A stretch of 63,319 nt of DNA, the filler included, from Folioceros fuciformis (lineage: Eukaryota): NCBI GenBank assembly GCA_049999805.1. It is 15 parts of 15 records of this genome, joined end to end, with 100 filler letters (N's around TTAATTAATTAA, not from the genome) between each part and the next. Parts side by side here need not be neighbours in the genome. Positions count along the whole stretch, not along the records: positions 9,244 to 11,181 come from JBNGIO010002293.1; positions 11,282 to 12,715 come from JBNGIO010002295.1; positions 12,816 to 14,336 come from JBNGIO010002296.1; positions 14,437 to 17,492 come from JBNGIO010002297.1; positions 17,593 to 19,286 come from JBNGIO010002298.1; positions 19,387 to 20,848 come from JBNGIO010002299.1; positions 20,949 to 24,708 come from JBNGIO010002300.1; 8 more parts are not named here. One strand, given 5' to 3'. Below are positions 9,244 through 21,276 of this stretch, piece by piece. The position numbers and the translations under genes were made by a program. Position 1 is the stretch's first letter. Every line of letters begins with the position of its first letter. The notes under the pieces are model-generated. The model did not search any database and was not told the origin of the DNA. It saw nothing but the letters and a program-made list of their open reading frames with translations.

Positions 9244-11104
9244 GAGAAAGGGACAACATTGTCGAGAGGAGAGGCACTGCTCACAGCGTGATCAGGTTCG
9301 CGAGCAATGAAATGTCCGAGGGGAATGGGACCGGTGAGGCCCTTGCCCGTCAAATTCCTGTAAGCACAGACCGGGCATGAAGCAGGCGGCGTCATGAATT
9401 ACACCAGCCTGTCCTGCAAAGGACCCTTTCAGACACTCGCTTGGCTGCAGAAGAGAAGTGTTGGGGCAACATACAGTACGGTCGCACGGTCCCCCGTGCA
9501 ATTGAGCTCGTCCCTCGGTATGGGAAAGCAAAGATCCCCGACGCATAGCGGGAATCGGATTGCACGATTGATTCCGGCGAGCGCAACCGCTGGAAAGTGG
9601 CGACACGGCGGTGGCCATCAGTGAGTTGATGGAAAGCAGGCAGAGCGGCGGAAACGATGAGAAACACACGTTATGAGAATAGCAGCTCACCATCGTCTAC
9701 ATCAGTTCCAGCAGCCACTGGTATGACGAAGTAGGATTCAAAGGTATTGATCATAGGGTCTTTAGAGGACAAGGGGTCCTTGGTCAAGTAGAAGAAGAGA
9801 CTGGGATCGTCGCTAGCCGGAAGCCCGAAGTCAACGGTCCCGAACTGGAAGACTTGGAAGGGCTCGCCAGATCCCATCGAGGCCAAATCCAGAGTGAAGT
9901 ACTCGCCGTTAGCTGGCTGCCGTAGGAAGTTCGACCGCACCTGCATCACCCGACTGCATAGTCCCAGGCGCACACGCAAGCCCAATGAGCAAGGGGCCAT
10001 TAATTGCTAGGCCAGCAGCAGTATCCCATAGGAAGCTCCGGGTCCGACGTACCTCTCTCCTGCTGCCAAAACTTCGAGCTCGGCGAAGGTCTTGCTCAGG
10101 TAGAAGGTGAAGATAGTGAGAGGAGTGCGCAGCGATACGGTGTACGACATCGTGTCCGGGGAAGTGATGCCGGTCTGCATCACCAAGTTAGGGAAAAAGT
10201 CCCGCTGCTGGGAGACGTCGTAGACCATGGTCTGATTCGGGTACAGCGGTGCCGCCAAAGGAGTCAATGGGCTCCCTGTAGGCAAAGCGAAGGCTGGCCA
10301 GAGGCGGTCGTCAACGTCTTGCGGGTATCTGCGCGGCCAAGCAGAGCAGCAAGCAACGTAAGGCCCGCTCCCGCAGGGCGGCAACGTTGAGCAGGCTCCC
10401 GAGCCGCAGAGCAAAGCCCGCGGAACGACACGGCCAACCTCAGCACGGAGCCTGTCGGGGCCCCGAAGTCCCGCCTCATCACGAGGGCCAGGAGGTGGGC
10501 AGCCGGCTCAGCGAAACGTCGCAGGTACGAGGGGGAATAGGGCACCGCCCTCAGCTCCAAGGAGTTGATGAAGGGAGTGTCGGTGTCCACGGTGCGAATG
10601 AGGCACACGCTCACCAGGGCTTGGTCGTCACCACGAAGGCCTCCAAGGACTTGGGAATGCCGGACTCGTTCACCGTGTCGATATGTATGGCCTCCCAAAA
10701 CGTCGCGTCGATCGCCAGCTGCACACACCAACACCCCCGTCGTGGAATCTGCACCCCACTCCTTCAATTCCCCCGAACCACATTCACAAGCCCTCACTTA
10801 CCCGAAACGACAGCGTCCCAGACACTGGCGACGGGATGAAGTTCCCAAACAAGAACCAGGCGCGGATAAGGTACTGCGTATCGTTCACCACCGGCACGGT
10901 GTAGCAGTTCTTCCGGGGCGCGGAATCCGGGGGGAAGTATTTCATCGTGAGCAGATCGGCTGTGGCGTTCACCCCGGGGGCCACATTTCCGATGAGCCCG
11001 GTGGAGATGTAGTTATCGGGCTCAAACAGGAGCCCGGTGTCCGGGTTAGTGTAGGCCGCGGCACCAGGCACGGAGCCGCAGTCCACATTGATGAATCCTG
11101 TCAC
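9244..11104 (-). pseudogene. Malectin-like domain LRR receptor-like kinase (LRR-I type) ectodomain, partial, with one apparent frameshift
   Basis: GFINVDCG, KYFP...RKNCYTVPV...YLIRAWFLFGN, VSVCLIRT..TPFINSLELR, RYPQDVDDRLW, PMINTFESY, then the LRR NLTGKGLTGPIP. GT-AG introns are present. Confidence 0.85.
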
Positions 11105-11281
11105 ACCAAAACCGCCATGAGTCCGAGACCGATAGCGCCAGAGGCTGGCACACTATCCGCAGGCCCTGAGCTCCGCACCTGNNNNNNNNNNNNNNNNNNN
11201 NNNNNNNNNNNNNNNNNNNNNNNNNTTAATTAATTAANNNNNNNNNNNNNNNNNNNNNNNNNNNNNNNNNNNNNNNNNNNN

Positions 11282-11963
11282 GTCTCCTGGTACTTCGTCT
11301 GACAGGCTCCTCAGGTACAAAGACCTCCATATGTTGAGGGATTTCAGATTCTGCTGACTGTGCTAACCCGTCATCGACTTTTTGTTCATTAGAAGCATCA
11401 TCATCATTGTTGGCCATACCCATGTCATGTGAGACTCGACTGGACTCATCATCATCAGGGAAGTAGCTAGTTTCCTCGACTTGATCATCTAGTGGAGTTT
11501 GATGACTAATGGCAGGCTGATGTGATGTAACAGAGGGTCTAGACTGCACATGGTAACAGAGGGTCCTGCACATGGGGTGCAGGAACCTGAGCTAGAGTCT
11601 GACTCAAAGTAGACATCTCAATGGCTTGGTCTTCTATCTCTATGTCCTCTGAATGACTGCTTGAAGCCTGTGTGCTCAAAGGAGCTAATTGAGGAGGTTC
11701 TAGCAATGCATGTTCATTGAAAAGAACACTTCTAGAATGCGTTGTTGTTCTAGTATCAGGATCATAGAGCTTGTAGCCTTTTATACCTTCATTGTAGCCC
11801 ACGAAAACATATTTGCGTGCTTTATAATCCAGCTTCACCCGCTGGTCCTCAGCCAAATGTGCATAGGCAGGAGCACCGAAAATACGTAGGTGATTAATTC
11901 GTGGCTTGTGTGATGTCCACCGCTCATATGGGGTGGCACCTAGAAAAGCTTTGGTTGGCAGGC
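11282..11963 (-). mobile_element. Copia integrase C-terminal region and linker
   Basis: LPTKAFLGATPYERW...HLRIFGAPAY...KLDYKARKYVFVGYNEGIKGYKLYDP. Confidence 0.9.
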
Positions 11964-12715
11964 TGTGGAGGCAAAACCCCGGGCACTGATTGCCAACGGG
12001 TTCCACCTTTAGTGGCCACACTTATCCCACTGTCGTTGAGACATTGGGTTTCGTTCCCACGAAGGAGCGATGGGGTTCCTTGCTGCTGTGGATGGAGGGT
12101 CGGACTTGATCGACTCGATGATGGATTCGAGGGCTCCCCTCCAGCTCTGATCAGGCGTAGAACAGGCCTCGCTGTCTAGCGGTCAGCTGCACCTCTCTCG
12201 GTGCCCACAAACTCACTCCAGTCACTACAACGACTCTAACCTCTCATATCTACGACTTCCCTTACACACTTCACTCACTCTCTCACCCCAGCACCAACAC
12301 CAGCAACTAACAATGACACCACTACCTTCTACACTTCCCTACTAACTCCTCCTACCCGGCAAGAGTCACTAGACTAACCCCAAAGAAAAGAAAGAAGGGA
12401 ACACACTCCCCTCTTGGATATCTCCCCCCTACAACCTTACCAGACACCATGAGACATGGCCGGCCTATAGCACTTGTCCAAGCAAGGAACAAGAGTGGAC
12501 AGGTTGAGAGAAAGACACATCCTTTACAATCAAGAGCTAGGGGGAAGCCCCTATACCCTGATCATTACACCTTGTGATCCTACCAGACACTATACAACCG
12601 GCAACAAGCTGCCCGCGATCCTACCAGACACTGTACAACCGCCAACACGCTGCCTACGATCCTACCAAACACTGTACAGCCGGCAACACACGGCTTGCGA
12701 TCCTACCAGACGTTG
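11964..12715 (-). mobile_element. LTR-B terminus (...GGGGTTTTGCCTCCACA on minus) with internal 41-bp repeats
   Basis: Near-identical to 27001-27989 and 36265-37196, with a sharp TG boundary. Confidence 0.85.
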
Positions 12716-12815
12716 NNNNNNNNNNNNNNNNNNNNNNNNNNNNNNNNNNNNNNNNNNNNTTAATTAATTAANNNNNNNNNNNNNNNNNNNNNNNNNNNNN
12801 NNNNNNNNNNNNNNN

Positions 12816-13165
12816 CGCAAGAAGCTTCCTACAGATTAGCTTAAGCTAATCTAAACTAATGATACTTAACTAGATACTAATCTTAGACTAAACACATTAG
12901 CCTAAGCACATTGGGCTTTAATAACCCTACACCCGGTACCGGACCCAAACTTTCCCAGGTCTGGGACCAAACCTATACCCACTCTCATAACCAAACCAAC
13001 TATTTCCTGGTCAATTAACCTAATTAGCACAAAGAAAAATAGAAAAAATAACCAGAAAATCAAAGAAAATTAGGGAAAATAAATAGAAAAAGAAAACCAA
13101 ACCATACCACCATTAACCCTTTTTCAACCAAAACAAACTACTACCCTAAACTTTGGAGGTTCACA
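12816..13165 (-). mobile_element. LTR-A terminus (variant)
   Basis: Ends ...CTTTGGAGGTTCACA at 13165 and is collinear with 430-644. Confidence 0.85.
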
Positions 13166-14336
13166 CGGAGGCGGGCTGTGAGGGCCTGAGCGGTCTGGCC
13201 GACTGGTTGGGGCTGTGAGGGCCTGAGCGGTCTGGCCGACTGGTTGGACTGCCGGCAGCATGCAGGAGAAGGCGGCTATGTGGCCAAATCTAGGAGGGCA
13301 AACCACCATTGCAAGGCGGCCTGGAGGGTGGTCGGACCAGCAGCGGCCCGGTGGTGCAACTAGCCGGGCTGGCCGGCTGGTTGCATTGGCGGCAGGGGCC
13401 TGGCCGTCGGGTCCGGCTGCCTTGCGGCCAGATCCAGCCAGCCAGTAGACCGGCCGGCTGATCCAGGACGAGCCAGATAAGGTTGGACGGCCAGGTAGCA
13501 GCCAGGCGGGTCAGTGGCTGGCAGTCCTGTCTAGTTGAGGGCAGGCACGCAGTGCTGCAAGCGGTAGACCCAACCAGGCAACAAGATGGCATTCATGAGC
13601 TCTCAGTGGAGGGTTCATGGCAGCCCGGTGGCGGCGTTGCATCCAGGCCGGGGAGCGGTGCTGGATCCAAGGCGACTGGGGCTGGACCCGGAAGCTAGGC
13701 ACCATCTTGGCTGCAGGAGCCCAAGCAGCCAGGTAGGCTAGCCTGGCCTCTAGGCGGGTGAATCTAGCGGGCAGCTAGGCCGAGCGGGCTGGCCGCCTGG
13801 CTCGATCTGAAGGCCGGAGATCGGCTAGCGGCCTCTGGCCAGTCGGCCTAGGCAAGCGGGTGGTCAGATACAAGTTGGGCTGACCAGCAGGCGAGCCCAG
13901 GCATGCGTAGTCAGGTTGGTAGAGGGGGCCTACCAGATCCGGCCGGTTTCCCAGCCGGATCTAGCTAGCCAACAGGCTCGGCAGGTGGTTGGCCAGCGGG
14001 CTTAGGTGGCCCCTGGCTGGATCAGGTGCTGGCGGCGACGCGGCGTCCAGACTTGGGAGTGGGCAGGCGAATTCAGTAGGCAGCTAGCCGGCCAGGCTGG
14101 TTGCCTGGCTGAATCCGGAGGCCTGCTGGCAGCCTCTGACCAGTCGATCTGGGCAGAAGGAGGTCGGCGGAGCTAAGCCAAGGCCAGGGGCAGGCCAGGA
14201 AGGCTGGTCAAGGTTGGCTGGCTGGCCGGATTTGGACCAGCAGCTGAGGCAGGCCGTGGGGCGGCTAGCGGCTGGCTGGGGGAAATCCAAGCCAAGCCCG
14301 GCCGCTGTGGACCAGGCAGGCGGATCCAGTCGGATC
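13166..14336. repeat. GC-rich GGCTGG/CCGGCC low-complexity repeat, probably retroelement non-coding sequence
   Basis: Dense short motifs and a 37-bp duplication at ~13177-13247. Composition resembles the reverse complement of 34552-36000. Confidence 0.5.
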
Positions 14337-14436
14337 NNNNNNNNNNNNNNNNNNNNNNNNNNNNNNNNNNNNNNNNNNNNTTAATTAATTAANNNNNNNN
14401 NNNNNNNNNNNNNNNNNNNNNNNNNNNNNNNNNNNN

Positions 14437-14655
14437 ACATGGTGGAGAAAAATGGATTAGGGTTTTATCAACATTATGGAGCAAAAATGGGTTTAGGGTT
14501 TAGTGCCATGGCAGAGCTGAATAGGTTTAGGGTTTAGTTACACGATGGAGAAAAGTGGGTTTAGCGTATTATAAACATTGTGGAGCAAAATGGGTCTAAG
14601 GTTGAGCGGCTTAGAGTGCAGCATATGGAGGGCATTATAGGGTTATGGGTTACAA
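14437..14655 (+). repeat. Degenerate ~30-40-bp satellite containing plant telomere-like GGGTTTA motifs
   Basis: ATGGAGCAAAAATGGGTTTAGGGTTTAG-like units, about 6 copies. Confidence 0.6.
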
Positions 14656-14668
14656 TGAGGAGTACAAT

Positions 14669-14927
14669 TGTTTGGTTTTGATCAATTTACAAGACTTTCT
14701 ACATGCCTCTATCACATGGTGCGTGACACCCAGCCTTTTGCTAGGCAAAGCAGCCAACGCATTGTACAAAACAATAATGAATAAAGAATCAATAATTACA
14801 AAGGAAAGGTTGTGTCTTATATATCACTCTAAGTGACCTTTGGATAATTAACCTAAACTATACTAACCATGACGCTGGTTACAAATACATAATCCTAACG
14901 AGGGTTATTTCTAACACACCCCCTTAA
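14669..14927 (-). mobile_element. Copia PPT and 3' LTR (TGTTAG...CCAAACA, ~248 bp)
   Basis: Minus strand TTAAGGGGGTG|TGTTAGAAAT at 14916. The distal end is inferred. Confidence 0.65.
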
Positions 14928-15032
14928 CCACGGCACTGGTTAGGTGATAGACATTTAGCACGGAGTGAGGACGGTCGATTAGGTAGAGCAGCAAAGCTTC
15001 ATCCGGCCGAACCATCTTGGTGTTGTCTGTTG

Positions 15033-17492
15033 CTAGGGCTGGATGGTTATGTAGTCCACCAGACCCAGGGCTTCAGCATGGAAGTTATGCTTCAGCATGG
15101 GTAGACTTTTAGTGAGCACATCCGTAGTATTCAGCTCGATGGGGACGTGCTCAATGCTAACCACCTTCCTCTCCACTGAGTGTCGAACAAAGCGGTGATG
15201 TATCTCGATGTGCTTGGTCCGAGCGTGGAAGCGCGGATTCCCCACCAAGGCAATAGTGGACATATTGTCACAGTAAACCACAGTAGGGTCCTTCTGCACA
15301 AAGTTCAAACCACCAAGGAAAGAGCGTTCCCACTCAGCCTCCTTAGCTGCATCTGTAAGGGCCTTGTATTCTGTCTCGGTTGAGGACAATGCTACTGAAA
15401 CTTGTTTCTTGGAGCTCCAGTTAACAGCTGCACATGACAAGAGGAAACAATAGGCAGAGAGACTGCGGCGGTGATCGGGATCGGTGGCCCAATCTGCGTC
15501 GCAGAAACCCTGAAGACTGACAGCTTCATCTGTTCCAGCTCGGAAGCAGAGTCCATATGTGGAGGTACCCTTGAGGTAACGCAATATTCTTTTAACGGCT
15601 ACCCAGTGCACCTGACCAGGATCCTTAAGAAATTGTGAGATAGCAGAGACTGAATGCTGAATATCGGGTCGGGTCCAGCAACTAATGTAGTTGAGGCACC
15701 CAACAGCATGCCGATAAGGCACAAGGCGCATAAGCTCACGGTCTGCGTCATCCTGAGGGCTCTGCCTAGAGGTAAGCTTCAAACCAACACTACCAGGTGT
15801 ACTCATTGGTTTGGCATCCTGTAGGTTAAAACGTCGAAGAGTCTCACCAATATATTTTGTTTGATGAAGGATAAGGGTGCGGTGAGCCCTGTCGCGGATA
15901 AGCTGCATGCCGAGGACAAAGGTTCGAGCTCCGATGTCCTTCATATCATAGCGCTTATGCAGCATCCCTTTCACCCAGTCCAACAGCTCCCTGTTGTTAG
16001 AGGCTAGGATAGCGTCGTCGACATAGAGGGCTAATATAACCATGTGACCACCCTTGTTGTAGATGTACACGTTAGTATCAGCCGGATTTTGGATGAACCC
16101 AATGGACTTCAAGTACTTGTCGATACACTTATACCATTCTCGGGCACTTTGCTTCAAACCGTAAATTGTTTTCTTCAACTTACATACCCAGGTGGGATGT
16201 GCAGGATCCACGAAACCCTCAGGCTATTCCATATAGATATCCTCCTCAAGGTCTCCGTACAGAAAAGCTGTAGACACATCCATCCAGAGTAAATCTGAGT
16301 TAGCTGGACTTGAAACGGTGATAGGAGATCGGACTGAAGCTGGCGACGGTGACAACTGTGAACGAGGCTGTGACCCAAGCTGTTGAGGCTGCGCAGTGGG
16401 TGGTGATCGAGTGCCGGGCTGCTGAGATGTAGCTCCAGGGTGCACAAATCCACCCCCTGAACGGCCAGCAGGCATAGGAGAGGCATGAGGCAGTTCATAA
16501 AAGACATCCTGGGGATACTCAGCACGGGAATCAGATGCATCGGTGTCCAGAGAGGCAGACGACACAGGCAGAGAGGGGAACTCAAAAGCAAGCCCATTGA
16601 AGGAAGGGGCAGGAGAGTGAAGTTCCCTAAAGTTGACGCTGCGGGCAAAAACCAGGCTCCTTGATGTCGGGTCGTAAAGCTTGTAAGCTTTGGATTCCTC
16701 CCCATAGCCAACAAAGACAAGGGGTCGTGCTTTATCATCCAGTTTCTTACGTTGTTCAGGATGGATAAGAGCATAGGCTGGGGAGCCAAAAACTCGAAGG
16801 TGAAGGAGACTGGGCTTGCGCTGCCACATCGCTTCAAAAGGTGTGCGATCAGGCAAAGCTGAGGCAAGCAACCTGTTGAGAATATATGTAGCAGTCACGA
16901 CAGCCTCGACCCAATACGCCTTGCTCAAACCAGACCATGTTAGCATACTCCTAGTCATATTAAGAAGAGTTTGATTCCTACGCTCACCAACCCCGTTTTG
17001 TTGCTGGGTGTAAGGAATACTAAACTGACGAGTAATCCCCTGTGCTGCCAAGTACTCATTGAAGGCAGAATTAACAAATCAGTCCCGTTGTCGGACCTGA
17101 GGTAGCGGAGAAGGCAGCCTGTTTGACGCTGGATCATAACCAGCCACTCCTGGAAGAACTGAAAAGTGTCGGACTTGCGTTTCATTGGGTAAGTCCAAGA
17201 GTATCTGCTATAAGTGTCAGCAATTGTCAAGTAGTAGAGAGAGCCACCCAGAGAGGCAACATGGATCTTCCCACAAATGTCAGCATGGACAAGTTCTAAA
17301 ATATTGGAAGTTCTATGTGCAGGCGTCGAAGGAAAAGGCAACTCCTTCTACTTAGATACAATGCAGGCTGTACAACTAGGTAACTCTCGAAAGCACTTGG
17401 GAGAGGTTCCCGATAACAATTAAGCTTAGACATCCGAACTAACTTGTCCTGGTTGGCATGACCTAGACGTGCATGCCAAAGTTGGGCAAGTG
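15033..17492 (-). mobile_element. Copia pol (GAG-pre-integrase, integrase, partial RT, RNase H), degenerate
   Basis: LWHARLGH, ELVHADICG, RSDNG, ALYVDD, GFCDADWA, ARTKHIEI. One stop in ME*PEG and an internal RT deletion. Confidence 0.95.
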
Positions 17493-17592
17493 NNNNNNNN
17501 NNNNNNNNNNNNNNNNNNNNNNNNNNNNNNNNNNNNTTAATTAATTAANNNNNNNNNNNNNNNNNNNNNNNNNNNNNNNNNNNNNNNNNNNN

Positions 17593-17630
17593 CCAAAACA
17601 AACTCCTACCCCAAACTTTGGAGGTTCACA
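17593..17630 (-). mobile_element. LTR-A terminus
   Basis: Junction ...TTTGGAGGTTCACA|CTTGCC into copia RT. Confidence 0.85.
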
Positions 17631-19286
17631 CTTGCCAATGTTTGCGACCAGGGTTAGAGAGGAAACGGGAAACAAAACCAGCGGCCTGGGAAATGTCTGG
17701 ACGGGTCCATCCAGCCAGGTAAAGGAGACTGCCTACGGCTTCTCTATAGGGAATAGTAGACATGTCCTCTTTTTCTGATTCAGTCCTTGGGCAATCCTCC
17801 AAAGAGAGTTTTTCTCCAGCTGATACAAGTGTTGAAACAGGGGTAAGATCAACTAGGTTAAACTTGGTTAACAATTGACGGATGAAGTGGGACTGATGTA
17901 TTATAACACTGTCTGCTGCAGGATCAAAGAGAAACTGGATCCCTAAGGCAAATTTAAGGGGTCCCACATTAGTCATGTCCCATTCTTGGGATAAGGCTTG
18001 CTTGATTTCTTGTAGGATCTACTCATCACTAGTGAAAAGGAAGTTATCATCAACGTAAAGTGCTATAATGCATATCTGATTCTTCCTCTTCAAAACATAT
18101 ACGCTACTGTCAGCGTCAAGAGGTTCGAAATCCAAAACCTTCAACTTTTCATCTGCCCGTGCATTCCAAATACGTGCAGATTGTTTTAGTCCATAGAGAG
18201 ACTTTAACAGCTCACATACTTTGTCTTTGTCAATGATGTACCCTTCAGGTTGGTGCATGAAAATAATCTCGTCCAAAGGCCCGTTCAAAAAGGCCGTCTT
18301 GACATCCATTTGATGGACCAAAAACTTATTGGCCACTGCATAGCAGAGTAATATTCTCATTGAGGTAGGTTTTACGACGGGACTGAACGTTTCGTTATAG
18401 TCCAGCCCTTGAATCTGGGTATAGCCCCTTGCGACTAATCGGGCTTTATAGCAAGCCACTGATCCATCCGGGTTCAATTTCAATTTAAATACCCACTTAG
18501 AGGTAATTGCTTTCCTTCCGGGTGGTAGGTCCACTAATTTCCATGTTCCATTTGATATCAAACTGTTGTATTCAGAATCAATTGCTTTTTGCCACTCAGT
18601 CTTTTGGGGGCCTGAAATGCTTCACGGTATGTAGCAGGTGTGTCAGGTGGTTCCATGATTGTGGAGGCAACAGAACTGGCGAAAACTGCAAGACTTGAAC
18701 GTGGTGCATTGGTGGGTTGATTCTCATGGGACCTAGAGACAAGGGTATCACCAGGTTGATAGGGTGGATTGAGCCATTCAGGTGGAGGGCGATGTATGCG
18801 GGCTGACCTTCTCAAAGGTATGGTGTCTTGCACTAAATCTAAATCAGCGATCGGGTCTAGAGGTTCTGCTGGTTCGACAAATTCAGGTTCAGGTTCAGGT
18901 TCATCTAAAATGTCTAGATCTTAATCGTCTAGAATAGGAATTGGGGCTGGTGCTAGAGGTGCTACATGTTGACCTGCGGGGGCTGGTGCAGCTACTAGGG
19001 GAGGTTGAATAGCTGCTTGATTATGCACTGCTACATCAGGCTGTACAGCATCTAGAAGGATGTCTGGAATGAAAGTAACAGTGTCAATATGTTCTGTATC
19101 ATCTGCAGCTGAATTTGTTGGTGTGTGTCCAAAAGCTGATGGTTTAGACAAGGGCATATGACTTGAAACAGACTGAAGATGACGTGCAAGGATGAAGCTT
19201 TCATTAAATTTGACACTGCGAGCCAAAGTTAACTGCCTAGTGTAGGGATTGTATAATTTGTATCCCTTTGACTGTTCTGAATATCC
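17631..19286 (-). mobile_element. Copia pol fragment (integrase end, linker, RT), degenerate
   Basis: GTWKLVDLPPG, YKARLVARGY, QMDVKTAFLNG, ALYVDDN, YREAVGSL. Confidence 0.95.
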
Positions 19287-19386
19287 NNNNNNNNNNNNNN
19301 NNNNNNNNNNNNNNNNNNNNNNNNNNNNNNTTAATTAATTAANNNNNNNNNNNNNNNNNNNNNNNNNNNNNNNNNNNNNNNNNNNN

Positions 19387-20220
19387 AAGTTCCACTCATT
19401 TATGCTTTCTCAAGGCTACAAACGTAGTGATGAAGATCATTGTCTCTATATGATGCAAGCTAAGGATGGAAGCTTGCTCATTTTGGTCCTCTATGTAGAT
19501 GATATGCTAATTGTTGGGAATAGTAGTGATGAGATTTCAGCGTTGGAGTCAAAGTTGAATGCTCGCTTTGACATGATAGACTTGGGAGAGGCCAGCCATA
19601 TTCTTAGTATGCGTATTCATCGAGACAGACATAAGCATTTGCTTTACTTGTCTCAGACTGAATACATTAACAAGATGCTTCAACATTTCAATATGGAGAA
19701 GGGGAAGGTATTGAGTACTTCGTTGCCTCCATATGTGAAACTTTCGCAAGGATTGCCCAAGCTCTGTGGATGACAAAACTGAAATGGAGAAGTTTCCATA
19801 CTCATCAGCTGTAGGGAATTTGATGTATGCAATGATTGCTACACGTCCTAACATTGCTTTTGCAGTGGGAGTGGTTAGCAAGTTTATGTCAAACCCTAGA
19901 AGGAAGCATTGGGAGGTAGTGAAAGGAGTTATGAGGTACTTGAATGGTACAAAAGCTTTGTGCATATGTTTTGGTAGAGAAGATGCATCTGTCGTGGGAT
20001 ATACGGATGCTGATTATGCAGGGGATATGGACAAAAGGAGGTTCACATGAGGTTATGTCTTCATGTGCACTAGAGGGGCAGTCTCATGGCGATCTCGTTT
20101 GCAATCGTGCATAACGCTATCTACAACAGAGGCCGACTATGTTGTAACGACTAAGGCTTGCAAGGAAGCCATGTGGCTTGCTTTAGTGGGAGACTTGGGG
20201 ATCAAGGTTGAGCTGCCAGT
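19387..20220 (+). mobile_element. Copia RT/RNase H fragment of a different family, degenerate
   Basis: LVLYVDDMLI, PYSSAVGNLMYAM, GYTDADYAGDMDKRR, LSTTEADY. Confidence 0.95.
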
Positions 20221-20848
20221 TGTGAACCTCCAAAGTTTGGGGTAGTAGTTTGTTTTGGTTGAAAAAGGGTTAAAAGTGGTATGGTTTGATTTTCTTTTTC
20301 TACTTACTTTCCCTAATTTTCCTTGATTTTCTGGTCATTTTTCCTATTTTTCTTTGTACTAATTAGGTTAATTGACGAGGAAATAGTTGGTTTGGTCCCA
20401 GACCTGGGAAGGTTTAGGTTCGGTACCAGGCCATAGGGTTGGGAAAGTTTGAGTCTAGGTCTGGTGATTAGTTTAATATTAATTAAAGATATATAATATC
20501 AAATGATTAAATAATAAAATAAGGGTTTGAACATAGGAACGGGTATCTGGGTATGTCAGTGTCAGGGGTCAGGGTCTGACGATAGGCTGGCTGATTGCTT
20601 GGCTGGCATGAACGGCCATGGAGGCCTTGCCCTAGCTAGAGCTAGAGGCAGGGGTTGCGGTCGTCCCCATCCCTTTTCCCCCTTTCTCCCTTCCTCCTCC
20701 ATTCCCTTCTTGCCCTCTCTTCTTCTTCTTCCCCTTCCCTCTCATCTCCCTTTCCGTCTTTTTGTGCCTCTTCTTCTTTGGATCTAGATTGCAGGCAGGA
20801 CGAGGGATCGACGGGTGATGGGAGCGAATGTGTGCAGGAGAGGAGGCT
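20221..20848 (+). mobile_element. LTR-A 5' portion
   Basis: TGTGAACCTCCAAAGTTTGGGG starts at 20221. Confidence 0.85.
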
Positions 20849-21100
20849 NNNNNNNNNNNNNNNNNNNNNNNNNNNNNNNNNNNNNNNNNNNNTTAATTAA
20901 TTAANNNNNNNNNNNNNNNNNNNNNNNNNNNNNNNNNNNNNNNNNNNNAACAACCTCAACGGAAACAAGTGTTGGAAACTTTTGCTGAGAATGAGCGCAC
21001 GAACAGACTGAAACGATTTGTTGGTTTGGAGGAAGTTGTGTGTAAGAAGAAAAAGACGGTGAGGTCGAACATAGGCAGTTGATAAAGAGTGGATTGATGC

Positions 21101-21276
21101 ATTTTTGTATGGGGCTTTTGGTTTTAGAAGCTTACCAATCCACTTTTGTAGGGGGCTTCCGGTTTTAGAAGCTGACCAATCCACTTTTGTAGGGGGCTTT
21201 TGGTTTTAGAAACTAACCAATCCACTTTTGTAGGGGGCTTTTGGTTTTAGAAACTAACCAATCCATTTTTGTAGGG
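21101..21276. repeat. 41-bp tandem repeat x~4.3
   Basis: Unit TTTTGTAGGGGGCTTTTGGTTTTAGAAACTAACCAATCCAC. Confidence 0.9.

Noticed and set aside
13166-14336. ORFs in the GC-rich stretches (also 34552-36264)
   Set aside because: They are expected by chance at this GC content and have no recognisable motifs.
14437-14655. True chromosome end
   Set aside because: There are at most two consecutive telomere units, embedded in a longer degenerate repeat.
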